A stretch of 64,000 nt of DNA from a virus, in the IMG/VR virus record IMGVR_UViG_3300032323_000670, positions 1-64,000 of that record. One strand, 5' to 3'. The translations under genes were made by a program, and so were the position numbers. The notes below the pieces were generated by a model, which was not told the origin of the DNA, made no database searches, and saw only the letters and a program-made list of their open reading frames with translations. Within the stretch, counting starts at the first letter, position 1. Each line of letters opens with the position of its first letter. This document shows, piece after piece, positions 56,006 through 64,000 of this stretch.

Positions 56006-57997
56006 ATGAAGCGATGGGTCATGGACTATGAGACCCTGATAAATTGCTTTGTAGCTGTATTTACTGAGTATAAAACTAATGACACTAAGATCTTTGTAGT
56101 TCATGAACTGAAGAATCAGTATGATGAACTACTTAGTTTCTTAAATGATAATAAGTTAAACGAGGAGTATCATATCTCCTATAATGGTTTAAACTTTGAC
56201 TCACAGATCACAGAGTTTTTACTCAGAGATGGAGAAGAACTTAGTGGCTTAGATCCTGAGACTATAGCGCACAGTATTTATCTTAGGGCTCAACGTACTA
56301 TTGAATTATCTAATGCTGGTGAGTTTCCAGAGTTTCCTGAAAGAGCTCTGCAGATTCCACAGTTAGATATATTCAGGTTGAATCACTGGGATAATCCTGC
56401 TAAGCGTTCTAGTCTTAAGTGGATTGAATTCTCTATGGACTGGAGTAATGTACGTGATATGCCTATACATCATAGCACGTATGTCCAAACTGTACAAGAG
56501 ATTGATACTATTGTTAAGTATTGTGTGAATGACGTAGCTGCTACTAAACAGATCATGAATCTAAGTAAGGAGCAGATTATGTTGAGGAAAGCACTTAGCG
56601 AGGAGTATAAAATCAATTTACTCAGTGCTTCTGAACCAAGAATATCTAAGGAACTATTCCTTTATTTCTTAAGTAAGAAGACCGGTATAAGTAAGTATGA
56701 TCTCAAACAAATGAGAACGATCCGTGAACAGATTACTGTTGGAGATATCATACTACCATACGTTAAGTTTAAACGCAAAGAGTTTATAGGGATTCATGAG
56801 AAGTTTAAATCTCTAGTTATTGATACCCAAAACACAAAGGGTGGGTTTAAATATTCTATTACTCACAAAGGTGTAAAGACTGACTTCGGTCTAGGTGGTT
56901 TGCATGGTGCTGCCAAATCTGGTGTATATGAAGCTAAGGATGGTATGATAATAATGACGTCTGACGTTACTAGTTATTATCCTAATCTAGCTATTAGAAA
57001 CCAGTGGTCACCTGCGCACATACCTAAAGAAGATTTCTGTGAACAGTATGAGTGGTTCTTTGATGAGAGAAAGAAGATACCTAAGAAGGATCCAAAGAAC
57101 TATGTATACAAGATTATTCTTAACAGTACTTATGGTTTAAGTAATGATGAGAATAGTTTTCTGTATGATCCAGAGTTTACTATGCGTATTACAATCAATG
57201 GTCAGCTCAGCTTAGCAATGCTATATGAGATGCTCTCTGATGCAATACCTGGTAGCATTCCAGTCATGCAGAACACAGACGGTCTTGAGATGATGATTCC
57301 AGCATACATGAAAGATGTGTATATGGATGTGTGTAAGAAGTGGGAAGAAATGACCCAGCTACAACTTGAGCATGACGAGTATAGTAAGATCATACTTGCG
57401 GACGTTAACAACTACATTGCTGTATTCAAAGAGAAAGAATTGAGTAAAGAAGATTGGGATGCAGCACAGAAGAAGACTCCGCATTATGTTTATTATCAAG
57501 AGGGCGGTAAGTTCTTTATGAAAGCTACTAAGTGTAAAGGTAGATTTGAGTTTGCGGACTTAGCTTTACATAAGAACAAATCCGCTCTTGTTGTGCCTAA
57601 GGCTATCTATAACTATTTTGTAAAGGATGTGGTTCCTGATAAATTTATTCAGCAGAACCGTAACATCTTTGATTATTGTAAAGGTGTTAAGAAGAAAGGA
57701 GATTGGTTCTTTCTTGAGACCTGTTTTTCTAAAGGTCAGCGGATTAACAAAGAGCTCCAAGGTGTAGTGCGTTACTATATCTCTAATAAAGGATGTAAGA
57801 TCATCAAGGTGAATTCTGCAGATGGAAGAGAGATACAAGTAGAAGCAGGCAAGTGGATGCAGACTGAGTTTAATCTGTATGAAAACAAGCTATGGCCAGA
57901 CTATGATATCAATGAAGACTATTACCTGGAACAGGTGTATAAGGAGATTGAGAACATATCTAAGACCAAGCAAACAGCTCAACTAACATTATTTTAA
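56006..57997 (+). CDS. polB: Family B DNA polymerase
   Basis: Exo DYET, YNGLNFD, YCVND; polymerase DVTSYYP, KIILNSTYG, NTDG. Confidence 0.95.
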   Translation: MKRWVMDYETLINCFVAVFTEYKTNDTKIFVVHELKNQYDELLSFLNDNKLNEEYHISYNGLNFDSQITEFLLRDGEELSGLDPETIAHSIYLRAQRTIELSNAGEFPEFPERALQIPQLDIFRLNHWDNPAKRSSLKWIEFSMDWSNVRDMPIHHSTYVQTVQEIDTIVKYCVNDVAATKQIMNLSKEQIMLRKALSEEYKINLLSASEPRISKELFLYFLSKKTGISKYDLKQMRTIREQITVGDIILPYVKFKRKEFIGIHEKFKSLVIDTQNTKGGFKYSITHKGVKTDFGLGGLHGAAKSGVYEAKDGMIIMTSDVTSYYPNLAIRNQWSPAHIPKEDFCEQYEWFFDERKKIPKKDPKNYVYKIILNSTYGLSNDENSFLYDPEFTMRITINGQLSLAMLYEMLSDAIPGSIPVMQNTDGLEMMIPAYMKDVYMDVCKKWEEMTQLQLEHDEYSKIILADVNNYIAVFKEKELSKEDWDAAQKKTPHYVYYQEGGKFFMKATKCKGRFEFADLALHKNKSALVVPKAIYNYFVKDVVPDKFIQQNRNIFDYCKGVKKKGDWFFLETCFSKGQRINKELQGVVRYYISNKGCKIIKVNSADGREIQVEAGKWMQTEFNLYENKLWPDYDINEDYYLEQVYKEIENISKTKQTAQLTLF

Positions 57998-57998
57998 A

Positions 57999-59045
57999 AT
58001 GAGTAAAAGAATTCCAACTGGTATTACCAGAGAGTACTTAGAAAGTGTAGCGCTCCCCACTCACGGGGGGCGTTATACTCCTATTAGCCACAAGTCTATT
58101 ATAGATAAAGTTCATGAAGAACTTGTTACTCGTGGCTTTAATGTAGAATCAGAATTATACCGTGCAAGTCTTGGCGGTAATGTTGCAAATGGAATCTATA
58201 TCCTAGACCAGGGTACTGATCCAGACATGAAGATGATGTTTGTATGGGGTAACTCATATGACAAGTCTATGAGATTTAAGTGCGGTGTTGGTGTGTATAT
58301 ACCAAAAACTGGTAACTATATCTTTGCTGGTGATCTATCTAGTTATTCTAGAAAGCATACAGGTAAGGCAGATGAAGAAGCTATTGCTATGATTCAAACA
58401 CAATTGAACATGGCTAATGCTCACTATGCTGATTTACTTGCATCAAGAGATATGCTTATTAATCAAACCGCTAGCTTGCATACATATTCACACTTAGTAG
58501 GTGAGATGTTTATTGAGAAGCAGTGTCTTAACAAAGAACAAGCATCTTCTGTAAGAGATAGTCTTATCAATGAGGTTGTTCTATTTGATGACATGACCCA
58601 TAGCAATGCATGGAACTTCTACAACTGTGTAGCTAGTGTATTAAGGTTATCGCATCCTAAGAACTGGTTTGAGGACCAATCAGAATGTCATAAAGTTATT
58701 AACAAATACTTTGCGTTAACTACTTTAACACAAATGGATTGTCCTATGGATACCCCTATGGAGTATGGAATTGTACAAGATTCTGTACAGGAGGAAGTAC
58801 AAGAACCTACTAACCAACTTAACATCTTTGATGTAATGGAAGAATCTCCAGTAGAATCATACCATGAAGTAGGTGGAGAGCTTGTACCTACATCAATTAA
58901 TGATTTACCTGTAGAAGTTCAAGAGCAGATGTATGCTGATGACATCTTACAGGAAAAAACTTTAAGTGGTGAGGTGAATCCTGATGAAGAATTCTTTAAC
59001 TTTGGTGGTGCGGAATTGCCCGTATTTGATTTACCAGACTTATGA
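57999..59045 (+). CDS. DUF932/DUF945-like protein with acidic tail
   Basis: YTPISH, NSYDKS, RKHTG, WNFYN. Confidence 0.7.
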   Translation: MSKRIPTGITREYLESVALPTHGGRYTPISHKSIIDKVHEELVTRGFNVESELYRASLGGNVANGIYILDQGTDPDMKMMFVWGNSYDKSMRFKCGVGVYIPKTGNYIFAGDLSSYSRKHTGKADEEAIAMIQTQLNMANAHYADLLASRDMLINQTASLHTYSHLVGEMFIEKQCLNKEQASSVRDSLINEVVLFDDMTHSNAWNFYNCVASVLRLSHPKNWFEDQSECHKVINKYFALTTLTQMDCPMDTPMEYGIVQDSVQEEVQEPTNQLNIFDVMEESPVESYHEVGGELVPTSINDLPVEVQEQMYADDILQEKTLSGEVNPDEEFFNFGGAELPVFDLPDL

Positions 59046-59545
59046 CAAGAGAAGATTTTAGCAGAAGAGTAGAGAAGCGGATTGACCTAATCCGCCAGAC
59101 TCTACTAACTAAGCATAAAGAATATGCTGCAGATGATAATGTATTCAGAAACTTTGATGAAGCTGCGGGGGGATTATCCCTCCACAGCACATCAGCTGAA
59201 GTTCTCTGGAGTTACATGACCAAGCATTTAGTTTCTATAAAAGATATAGTATCTGACGATACACCTGTTACAAATGAGGTAGTGTCTGAGAAGATTGGAG
59301 ATGTAATTAACTATCTTATCTTACTAGAAGCTATGTTAAATGAGAAAGGTGAAAGACACTGTAAGCTTAAAGAAGCATACTCCAAGCATAAGCTCTATAA
59401 TAAATCTGCGGATAGATTGTCTATGTGGACTAGTGACTATACTAAGAACACGGACATGCTAGGCTTAGTCAATATGACTAAGAATGGTAGTGATAAGGAC
59501 ATAGACAAAATCAATTATAATACTAACGGAGATAAAGGATACTAA
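59042..59545 (+). CDS. All-alpha NTP pyrophosphohydrolase-like (DUF1599/Nmad1-like)
   Basis: KHKEYA, FRNF, KHL, IGDVINYLILL. Confidence 0.6.
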   Translation: MTREDFSRRVEKRIDLIRQTLLTKHKEYAADDNVFRNFDEAAGGLSLHSTSAEVLWSYMTKHLVSIKDIVSDDTPVTNEVVSEKIGDVINYLILLEAMLNEKGERHCKLKEAYSKHKLYNKSADRLSMWTSDYTKNTDMLGLVNMTKNGSDKDIDKINYNTNGDKGY

Positions 59546-59928
59546 TGAAGAAGTATATTAATATGGTAGCGGAATTCCATACCGCGTTTAACATGCCAGA
59601 CCCACAAGATTACAAACAACTAGGTAAGCAACAATATGAGTTACGTCACAGACTTGCAGAAGAAGAGAATAACGAGTACCTTCAAGCTTGTAACTCTGAT
59701 GATTTGGTGGGTATTGCAGATGCTCTTGGTGACCAGCTTTATATCATTTACGGGACTATTCTTAAGCATGGCTTACAAGACCGGATTGAAGAAGTATTTG
59801 AAGAGATCCACAGATCCAACATGAGTAAGCTAGATGAAAATGGAAAACCCATCCTACGAGAAGATGGGAAGATCCTTAAGGGTAAGAATTACTTTAAGCC
59901 TAATATCCTAAAGATACTAGACGTTTAA
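59545..59928 (+). CDS. MazG-like / PRA-PH NTP pyrophosphohydrolase
   Basis: EEENNEY, ADALGD, IHRSNMSK, REDGKILKG. Confidence 0.9.
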   Translation: MKKYINMVAEFHTAFNMPDPQDYKQLGKQQYELRHRLAEEENNEYLQACNSDDLVGIADALGDQLYIIYGTILKHGLQDRIEEVFEEIHRSNMSKLDENGKPILREDGKILKGKNYFKPNILKILDV

Positions 59929-60062
59929 CCCTGACCTTTGTAACTTTTCTTGTATAACTTACTAGTTTTCAATCTACTAGTTTTGGTTTTAGAATGTACT
60001 CCAGGGCGACTAACCTTAGTTCCCTTGGGTGCATTGCTACTTGCTGTTGCTAATTTAGCCAT
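59925..60062 (-). CDS. Small basic protein (not in ORF track)
   Basis: MAKLATASSNAPKGTKVSRPGVHSKTKTSRLKTSKLYKKSYKGQG. Confidence 0.7.
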   Translation of the reverse strand: MAKLATASSNAPKGTKVSRPGVHSKTKTSRLKTSKLYKKSYKGQG

Positions 60063-60178
60063 TACTTTTTCTTTTTGGTTTGTTTTGTGTTTCCTCCTAG
60101 TTTAAATGGTACTAGGTTTTGAGGTTTGTTCTTTAACGCTCCCCAGTTACCAGCTGCTTTGTTAGGATTCTTTTTCAT
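60062..60178 (-). CDS. Small basic protein (not in ORF track)
   Basis: MKKNPNKAAGNWGALKNKPQNLVPFKLGGNTKQTKKKK; coupled on both sides. Confidence 0.6.
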   Translation of the reverse strand: MKKNPNKAAGNWGALKNKPQNLVPFKLGGNTKQTKKKK

Positions 60179-60324
60179 GATCCACAGTATAAACAGTCAT
60201 CATCAGCATCCTCACTTTCTCCAGCCAGTATTCTTTTAATCTCCTCATCTATCTGCTCCTCATTCCAGTTAGGATGGAAGGCTTTTACCTGAGCTCTTAA
60301 AAATTGAGATTGATTGTCACTCAT
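60175..60324 (-). CDS. 49-aa acidic protein ending DDDCLYCGS
   Basis: ATG at 60324, 1 nt after the previous stop; C-terminal CxxC. Confidence 0.7.
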   Translation of the reverse strand: MSDNQSQFLRAQVKAFHPNWNEEQIDEEIKRILAGESEDADDDCLYCGS

Positions 60325-60325
60325 C

Positions 60326-60511
60326 TTAGCACATCCCTTTAGATCCACCACGCATAAGCTTCTGAAATTCATTCTTAGCTACAATATTATCTAAGGTAGA
60401 ATTCTTATTAGCTCCACCCATTGAAAGCTTCATGCTAGATTTCTTTGAGTTAACTTTCTTACCCATCATATCCACCATGCTCATTCCTTTTTTCTCAAGT
60501 TTGTTTTTCAT
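60326..60511 (-). CDS. Small basic K/M-rich protein
   Basis: MKNKLEKKGM...LSMGG...LMRGG. Confidence 0.65.
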   Translation of the reverse strand: MKNKLEKKGMSMVDMMGKKVNSKKSSMKLSMGGANKNSTLDNIVAKNEFQKLMRGGSKGMC

Positions 60512-60513
60512 AA

Positions 60514-60978
60514 TCAGTTTGTTACTATAAGTATACTTAATAAAAATACGGAGATTCCTCCAAATATCCAATTGTTTCTTCTAGAAGTCTGTAGTTTATT
60601 CTGTGTTATCTCTATTGAGTCTCTTGCTCCTACCAAGTCTGATTGTAGAATAAAGTTTCTATCAAGGCACTCTGTTGTTCTCTCGTTTGCTGCATCCAGG
60701 TATCCAGCCATCTTTTTGATTTCAAACTCCTTATCAAGAAGGCGGAGTTCTTGGGTCTTAATGATCTTGTCTTTACCTGCAATACTTTTCTGCAAGTAGT
60801 CATAGTCCACAATAGATTTAAGCAAGAGCTCCTCTTGTTTATCTGTGAAGAAGATACCTTTGGTGTCATTATACTTAATTCTTTGGGGAGTAAGCTGCCC
60901 ATATGCGGTCACGCTGCTCATCAGTTGCGTTAGGGATAATAGCAATAACAATATCCCGATTACCTTTGTCTTTGTCAT
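60514..60978 (-). CDS. Spanin-like protein (signal peptide, coiled coil, C-terminal TM)
   Basis: Overlaps the upstream gene by 104 nt within the lysis cluster. Confidence 0.55.
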   Translation of the reverse strand: MTKTKVIGILLLLLSLTQLMSSVTAYGQLTPQRIKYNDTKGIFFTDKQEELLLKSIVDYDYLQKSIAGKDKIIKTQELRLLDKEFEIKKMAGYLDAANERTTECLDRNFILQSDLVGARDSIEITQNKLQTSRRNNWIFGGISVFLLSILIVTN

Positions 60979-61246
60979 CTTGTTTGTTTATAGTGTTTAT
61001 ACTGTTAACTCTTTGAATATCAACAATTTCCAAACTATCTTGAAGAATCTTAAGCTTTAATGAATCTACTAAGATACTATCTTGTACGGCATCAGCATAA
61101 GCTTGACGCTTAAGGTCCTCTATCTTAAGATCTTTTACCTTATTCTTATATTGTAATATTGCGATAAAGGTTACAATTGCTACAAGAGCTACTATAACAG
61201 CTATATCACTGTACAGCTTCTTCAGTTGGCGGCTTGTCATTGGCAT
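60875..61246 (-). CDS. Inner-spanin-like protein
   Basis: N-terminal TM plus coiled coil, downstream of endolysin and holins. Confidence 0.55.
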   Translation of the reverse strand: MPMTSRQLKKLYSDIAVIVALVAIVTFIAILQYKNKVKDLKIEDLKRQAYADAVQDSILVDSLKLKILQDSLEIVDIQRVNSINTINKQDDKDKGNRDIVIAIIPNATDEQRDRIWAAYSPKN

Positions 61247-61487
61247 CTTCTTTAGATTTAAACGGTATATTCATTTTTTGTGTAAAGACTCCCTCTATCA
61301 TAGTACCTACAAATACCCCACCACCTATGAACATAATGGTGTTATACATGTACTCTGGAGTTTTGTACTCTGAGAATGTAGCTATCCATGCTAAGGCAGA
61401 CCCTGTAAGAATACAGTAGAGACCTACAAGTCTTTTAGAACTCTGGTCTCCGTCTTTACTTAATATGGATAGGATCCACTTTTTCAT
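61206..61487 (-). CDS. Holin-like two-TM protein
   Basis: SSKRLVG motif followed by two TM segments. Confidence 0.6.
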   Translation of the reverse strand: MKKWILSILSKDGDQSSKRLVGLYCILTGSALAWIATFSEYKTPEYMYNTIMFIGGGVFVGTMIEGVFTQKMNIPFKSKEDANDKPPTEEAVQ

Positions 61488-61654
61488 TTCTTTAATTCTT
61501 TAATAGTGTCGTTGCACTCTTCCAGTCTTTTAATAAGTCTTTCTTTTTCAGCTCTATCTCTTTTCCAGTATTGCCATAGTATAAATCCCATTGCTAAGGT
61601 CATTATTCCTAATGCTCCAAAGTCTATTAGTCTTTCTATAAACGCTTGTTCCAT
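61484..61654 (-). CDS. One-TM holin-like protein (not in ORF track)
   Basis: MEQAFIERLIDFGALGIMTLAMGFILWQYWKRDRAEKERLIKRLEECNDTIKELKK. Confidence 0.65.
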   Translation of the reverse strand: MEQAFIERLIDFGALGIMTLAMGFILWQYWKRDRAEKERLIKRLEECNDTIKELKK

Positions 61655-61655
61655 T

Positions 61656-62201
61656 TTAAAATTCTCTTAGTAATGTATACGTAAATGTCTTTTTACCAGA
61701 TGCTTTACAAGCTGCAATCAATGTACCATATTGCTTAGGATCATTAAGTACTTGACATCCTGCTGACCACTTATCTATAATACTAGAGATAGCTGATGGG
61801 TTAGCGCGGTGTATGTTAATACCAAATAGACCGGTATCCTCTTTACCTTGCTCTTCAGCAGTATCATCTTTGTCACCATCACGGTATACAGTTACAGGTT
61901 TACGTTGTACTAATGCTTCATACTTACCTTGGTGTAATCCTAATTGGTAAGCATCTACGTATTGTCCTGGCTTTAATACTGCTGTACCTTTTGGGTTCAG
62001 TAAGTTCTTCAACCAGTGTGTACCTGGGTTAGTTGTACCAGAAAATATCTGTTGCATTGGACCATTGATCAAGTAGATATGATCATCAAACTTGTTCTTC
62101 TCATTAGCTTTAGACCTGATACCTACAACATGTAGGGTTGGCCATTGATAACCGAATCTAGCAAATTCTGCTTCTAGTTCTGTGTAAGAATACTTTTTCA
62201 T
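61656..62201 (-). CDS. Endolysin (L,D-transpeptidase-like HxxxSxGC family)
   Basis: VVGIR, FDD, TTNPG, GINIHRA, WSAGCQV; next to holin-like genes. Confidence 0.75.
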   Translation of the reverse strand: MKKYSYTELEAEFARFGYQWPTLHVVGIRSKANEKNKFDDHIYLINGPMQQIFSGTTNPGTHWLKNLLNPKGTAVLKPGQYVDAYQLGLHQGKYEALVQRKPVTVYRDGDKDDTAEEQGKEDTGLFGINIHRANPSAISSIIDKWSAGCQVLNDPKQYGTLIAACKASGKKTFTYTLLREF

Positions 62202-64000
62202 TATTTAATAGTTTGTATAGTTTCCATGTTTTTCAATCTCTGAATAGGATCCACCTGTGTACCAGTAAGACCAAAGAAGCTCTTAAGAAAATAGTTTGCT
62301 AGCTTAAGTCCGCCTTCATCTTGCCAAGCATATGGTCCAACAGACTTATCATAATAAGCACCTTCATCACCTGTCACTAACATCCAAGCTCCATTAATTA
62401 TCTTAACATAGTTAGTAATAGTATTACCAAATGCTATAGAGTCCATATTTAAAATGTTCTTGTAGTCATCTAAACCGTACCCTGGCCAAGGAATGAATGC
62501 TGTGTTCTCATTCAGTGTTGCTTTAGTTAAGAAGAGTAAGTGATTAGACATATAACCTGATAAGTTAAACTCTGTTCCTTGCTCTCTTGTCCAAGGTAAT
62601 GGTAAGAATCCAGACTTAGCTTTTAGTTTTTTGAAACGGTCTTCATCATCCTCATCATAATTAAACAAAAGTTTGATTAGTACACCCGCCATGATTGATA
62701 CTACAAGCTCAGTTAGCATCTTCTTCATAGCTACTTTTTCATGCGGCAACATGAATTTAAAATCTCTACCTAATGTTTTGATACCTCTTACAAGATATGC
62801 TATAGATGCTGTGTAATAACCCAGTTGCATTTGATTTGCTCCAACATCCCATCTAGCTTCAGGTTCTAAGAAGTTACCTCTGTATCCCCATCTGTTTATA
62901 AACATACCCACAAAGAAGCGCTTAAGGAAAGACATTGTACGGAATACAAGATATCTATCTCCCATACTTCTATCATATGATGCATATGCTCCATTCAACC
63001 TTCGGTTGGTAGACTGAATCTTTTTGCGCATCATTTTGTACTTCTTACCACCTACACCCCATTCAGGATCAATACCCTCTTTAAGTTGTATCTGACCATC
63101 TTTAACTTCCCAAGCTTCTATATAAGGAATAGTTTTAGTAACTCCGTTTATAGTTTGCTCTACAGTTTGATGGTGCATCATACCTCCAAATAAACCTAGA
63201 GTAGCATTCATCTGTGTCCACTCTCTGGTATTAGTTAACCAGCTCCTGGACATGAAGTCTTTTGCAAATGTTCTAGATATACCTTCAGTCATCTTACCTT
63301 TTCTACTATCTAACATCTTCTGGTCAGGATCAAACAGTTCATACATCTGAACGTTTAATGACTTAGGACCAAACTTATATATCTGAAAGCTTACTTCAGC
63401 TGCAGTAATATTACCAAACAAAGTTCCTTTAGCTAAGCTAGTAGGTGTAATTGCGTCACCTCCTGCAGATTCAATCATTGCCTGATACCTAGCACCAAAG
63501 GAGTTCTTAAGTGCAGAGTGTATATCTAATGCAAAGAAAGACATAGAGGATAATCCAAGAAGCTTATTAGTAATCTTGTTTAGTCCAACCATATCAACAG
63601 TTGCACCAGCTTGAGTCTTACCTTCAAACTCTCTTTCTATAAGTGAATTAATAACTTGAGCCCTTACTGAGTCACCCTTTTCAGTAGAAAAGCGCATAAC
63701 ACCTTTATTTAGAAAGTCTGACTTACTTGCTTTCTTCATGTTTCTGATAGCACCCTTCTTACCATTTACTACCTGTTGTAATGATCTTACTTCAGGACTA
63801 ATCTCAATAAGTTTCTTTTGTCTTTCCGCACTCTGCATATAACGCATCATACCTTGGAGAACGTCTTCAGATGCTTCCTCTGGTGTGAAATCATACTTAC
63901 CTGTAATAGGAATATCAGCCGTCTCATTATCAAATAAGTCTAGATTAACAAGTGCTACATCAGCCTGTGGAGGATAACCATCTTCCAAGTCATCTTTTGC
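62201..64000 (-). CDS. C-terminal part of a giant virion (ejection/cargo) protein
   Basis: Frame is open to the window end; more than 595 aa, helical with hydrophobic C-terminal segments; precedes the lysis genes. Confidence 0.65.
   Translation of the reverse strand, partial: AKDDLEDGYPPQADVALVNLDLFDNETADIPITGKYDFTPEEASEDVLQGMMRYMQSAERQKKLIEISPEVRSLQQVVNGKKGAIRNMKKASKSDFLNKGVMRFSTEKGDSVRAQVINSLIEREFEGKTQAGATVDMVGLNKITNKLLGLSSMSFFALDIHSALKNSFGARYQAMIESAGGDAITPTSLAKGTLFGNITAAEVSFQIYKFGPKSLNVQMYELFDPDQKMLDSRKGKMTEGISRTFAKDFMSRSWLTNTREWTQMNATLGLFGGMMHHQTVEQTINGVTKTIPYIEAWEVKDGQIQLKEGIDPEWGVGGKKYKMMRKKIQSTNRRLNGAYASYDRSMGDRYLVFRTMSFLKRFFVGMFINRWGYRGNFLEPEARWDVGANQMQLGYYTASIAYLVRGIKTLGRDFKFMLPHEKVAMKKMLTELVVSIMAGVLIKLLFNYDEDDEDRFKKLKAKSGFLPLPWTREQGTEFNLSGYMSNHLLFLTKATLNENTAFIPWPGYGLDDYKNILNMDSIAFGNTITNYVKIINGAWMLVTGDEGAYYDKSVGPYAWQDEGGLKLANYFLKSFFGLTGTQVDPIQRLKNMETIQTIK

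Noticed and set aside
1080-61419. Numerous 60-120 aa ORFs antisense to or nested within long genes
   Set aside because: Shadow frames of well-supported genes, with no motifs or leaders.
1-64000. Stop-codon reassignment (TAG to Gln) as in some crAss-like phages
   Set aside because: Late and replication genes are full length in the standard code, and several genes end cleanly in TAG (21551, 22716, 29056, 39726, 42203).

Overview
About 64 kb of an AT-rich crAss-like (Crassvirales-type) phage genome, most likely infecting an environmental Bacteroidota host: TAnnTTTG -7 promoter boxes are present and leaders are A-rich without Shine-Dalgarno motifs. Family assignments come from motif recognition only, with no database searches. 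Layout: (1) 1-20.2 kb, minus strand: late head/packaging module (start of major capsid protein, scaffold-like protein, portal, TerL, PhoH, SET-domain protein, PD-(D/E)XK nuclease, HU-like protein, fibre/decoration proteins). (2) 20.3-22.4 kb: a metallophosphoesterase, then a non-coding stretch tiled by back-to-back inverted repeats. (3) 22.4-26.9 kb: small early-gene cassettes, most preceded by an identical AACTCCTTACT motif (10 copies) and closed by a terminator. (4) 26.9-28.7 kb: three tandem structured RNA-like units directly upstream of a TROVE/Ro60-related vWA (DUF2828-type) gene. (5) 28.7-59.9 kb, plus strand: accessory and replication genes (PcfJ, SF2 helicase, ClpS, GroES, UNG, DnaB, Sak4-like ATPase, SSB, primase, vWA-metallopeptidase/MoxR module, exonuclease, PolB, NTP pyrophosphatases). 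(6) 59.9-64 kb, minus strand: small basic proteins, lysis module and the 3' part of a giant virion protein. Best candidates for undescribed systems: the Ro60-like protein with its Y-RNA-like triplet, the palindrome array at 21.55-22.1 kb, and the MoxR/vWA module flanked by three paralogues. I saw no tRNAs, CRISPR arrays, introns or stop-codon recoding.
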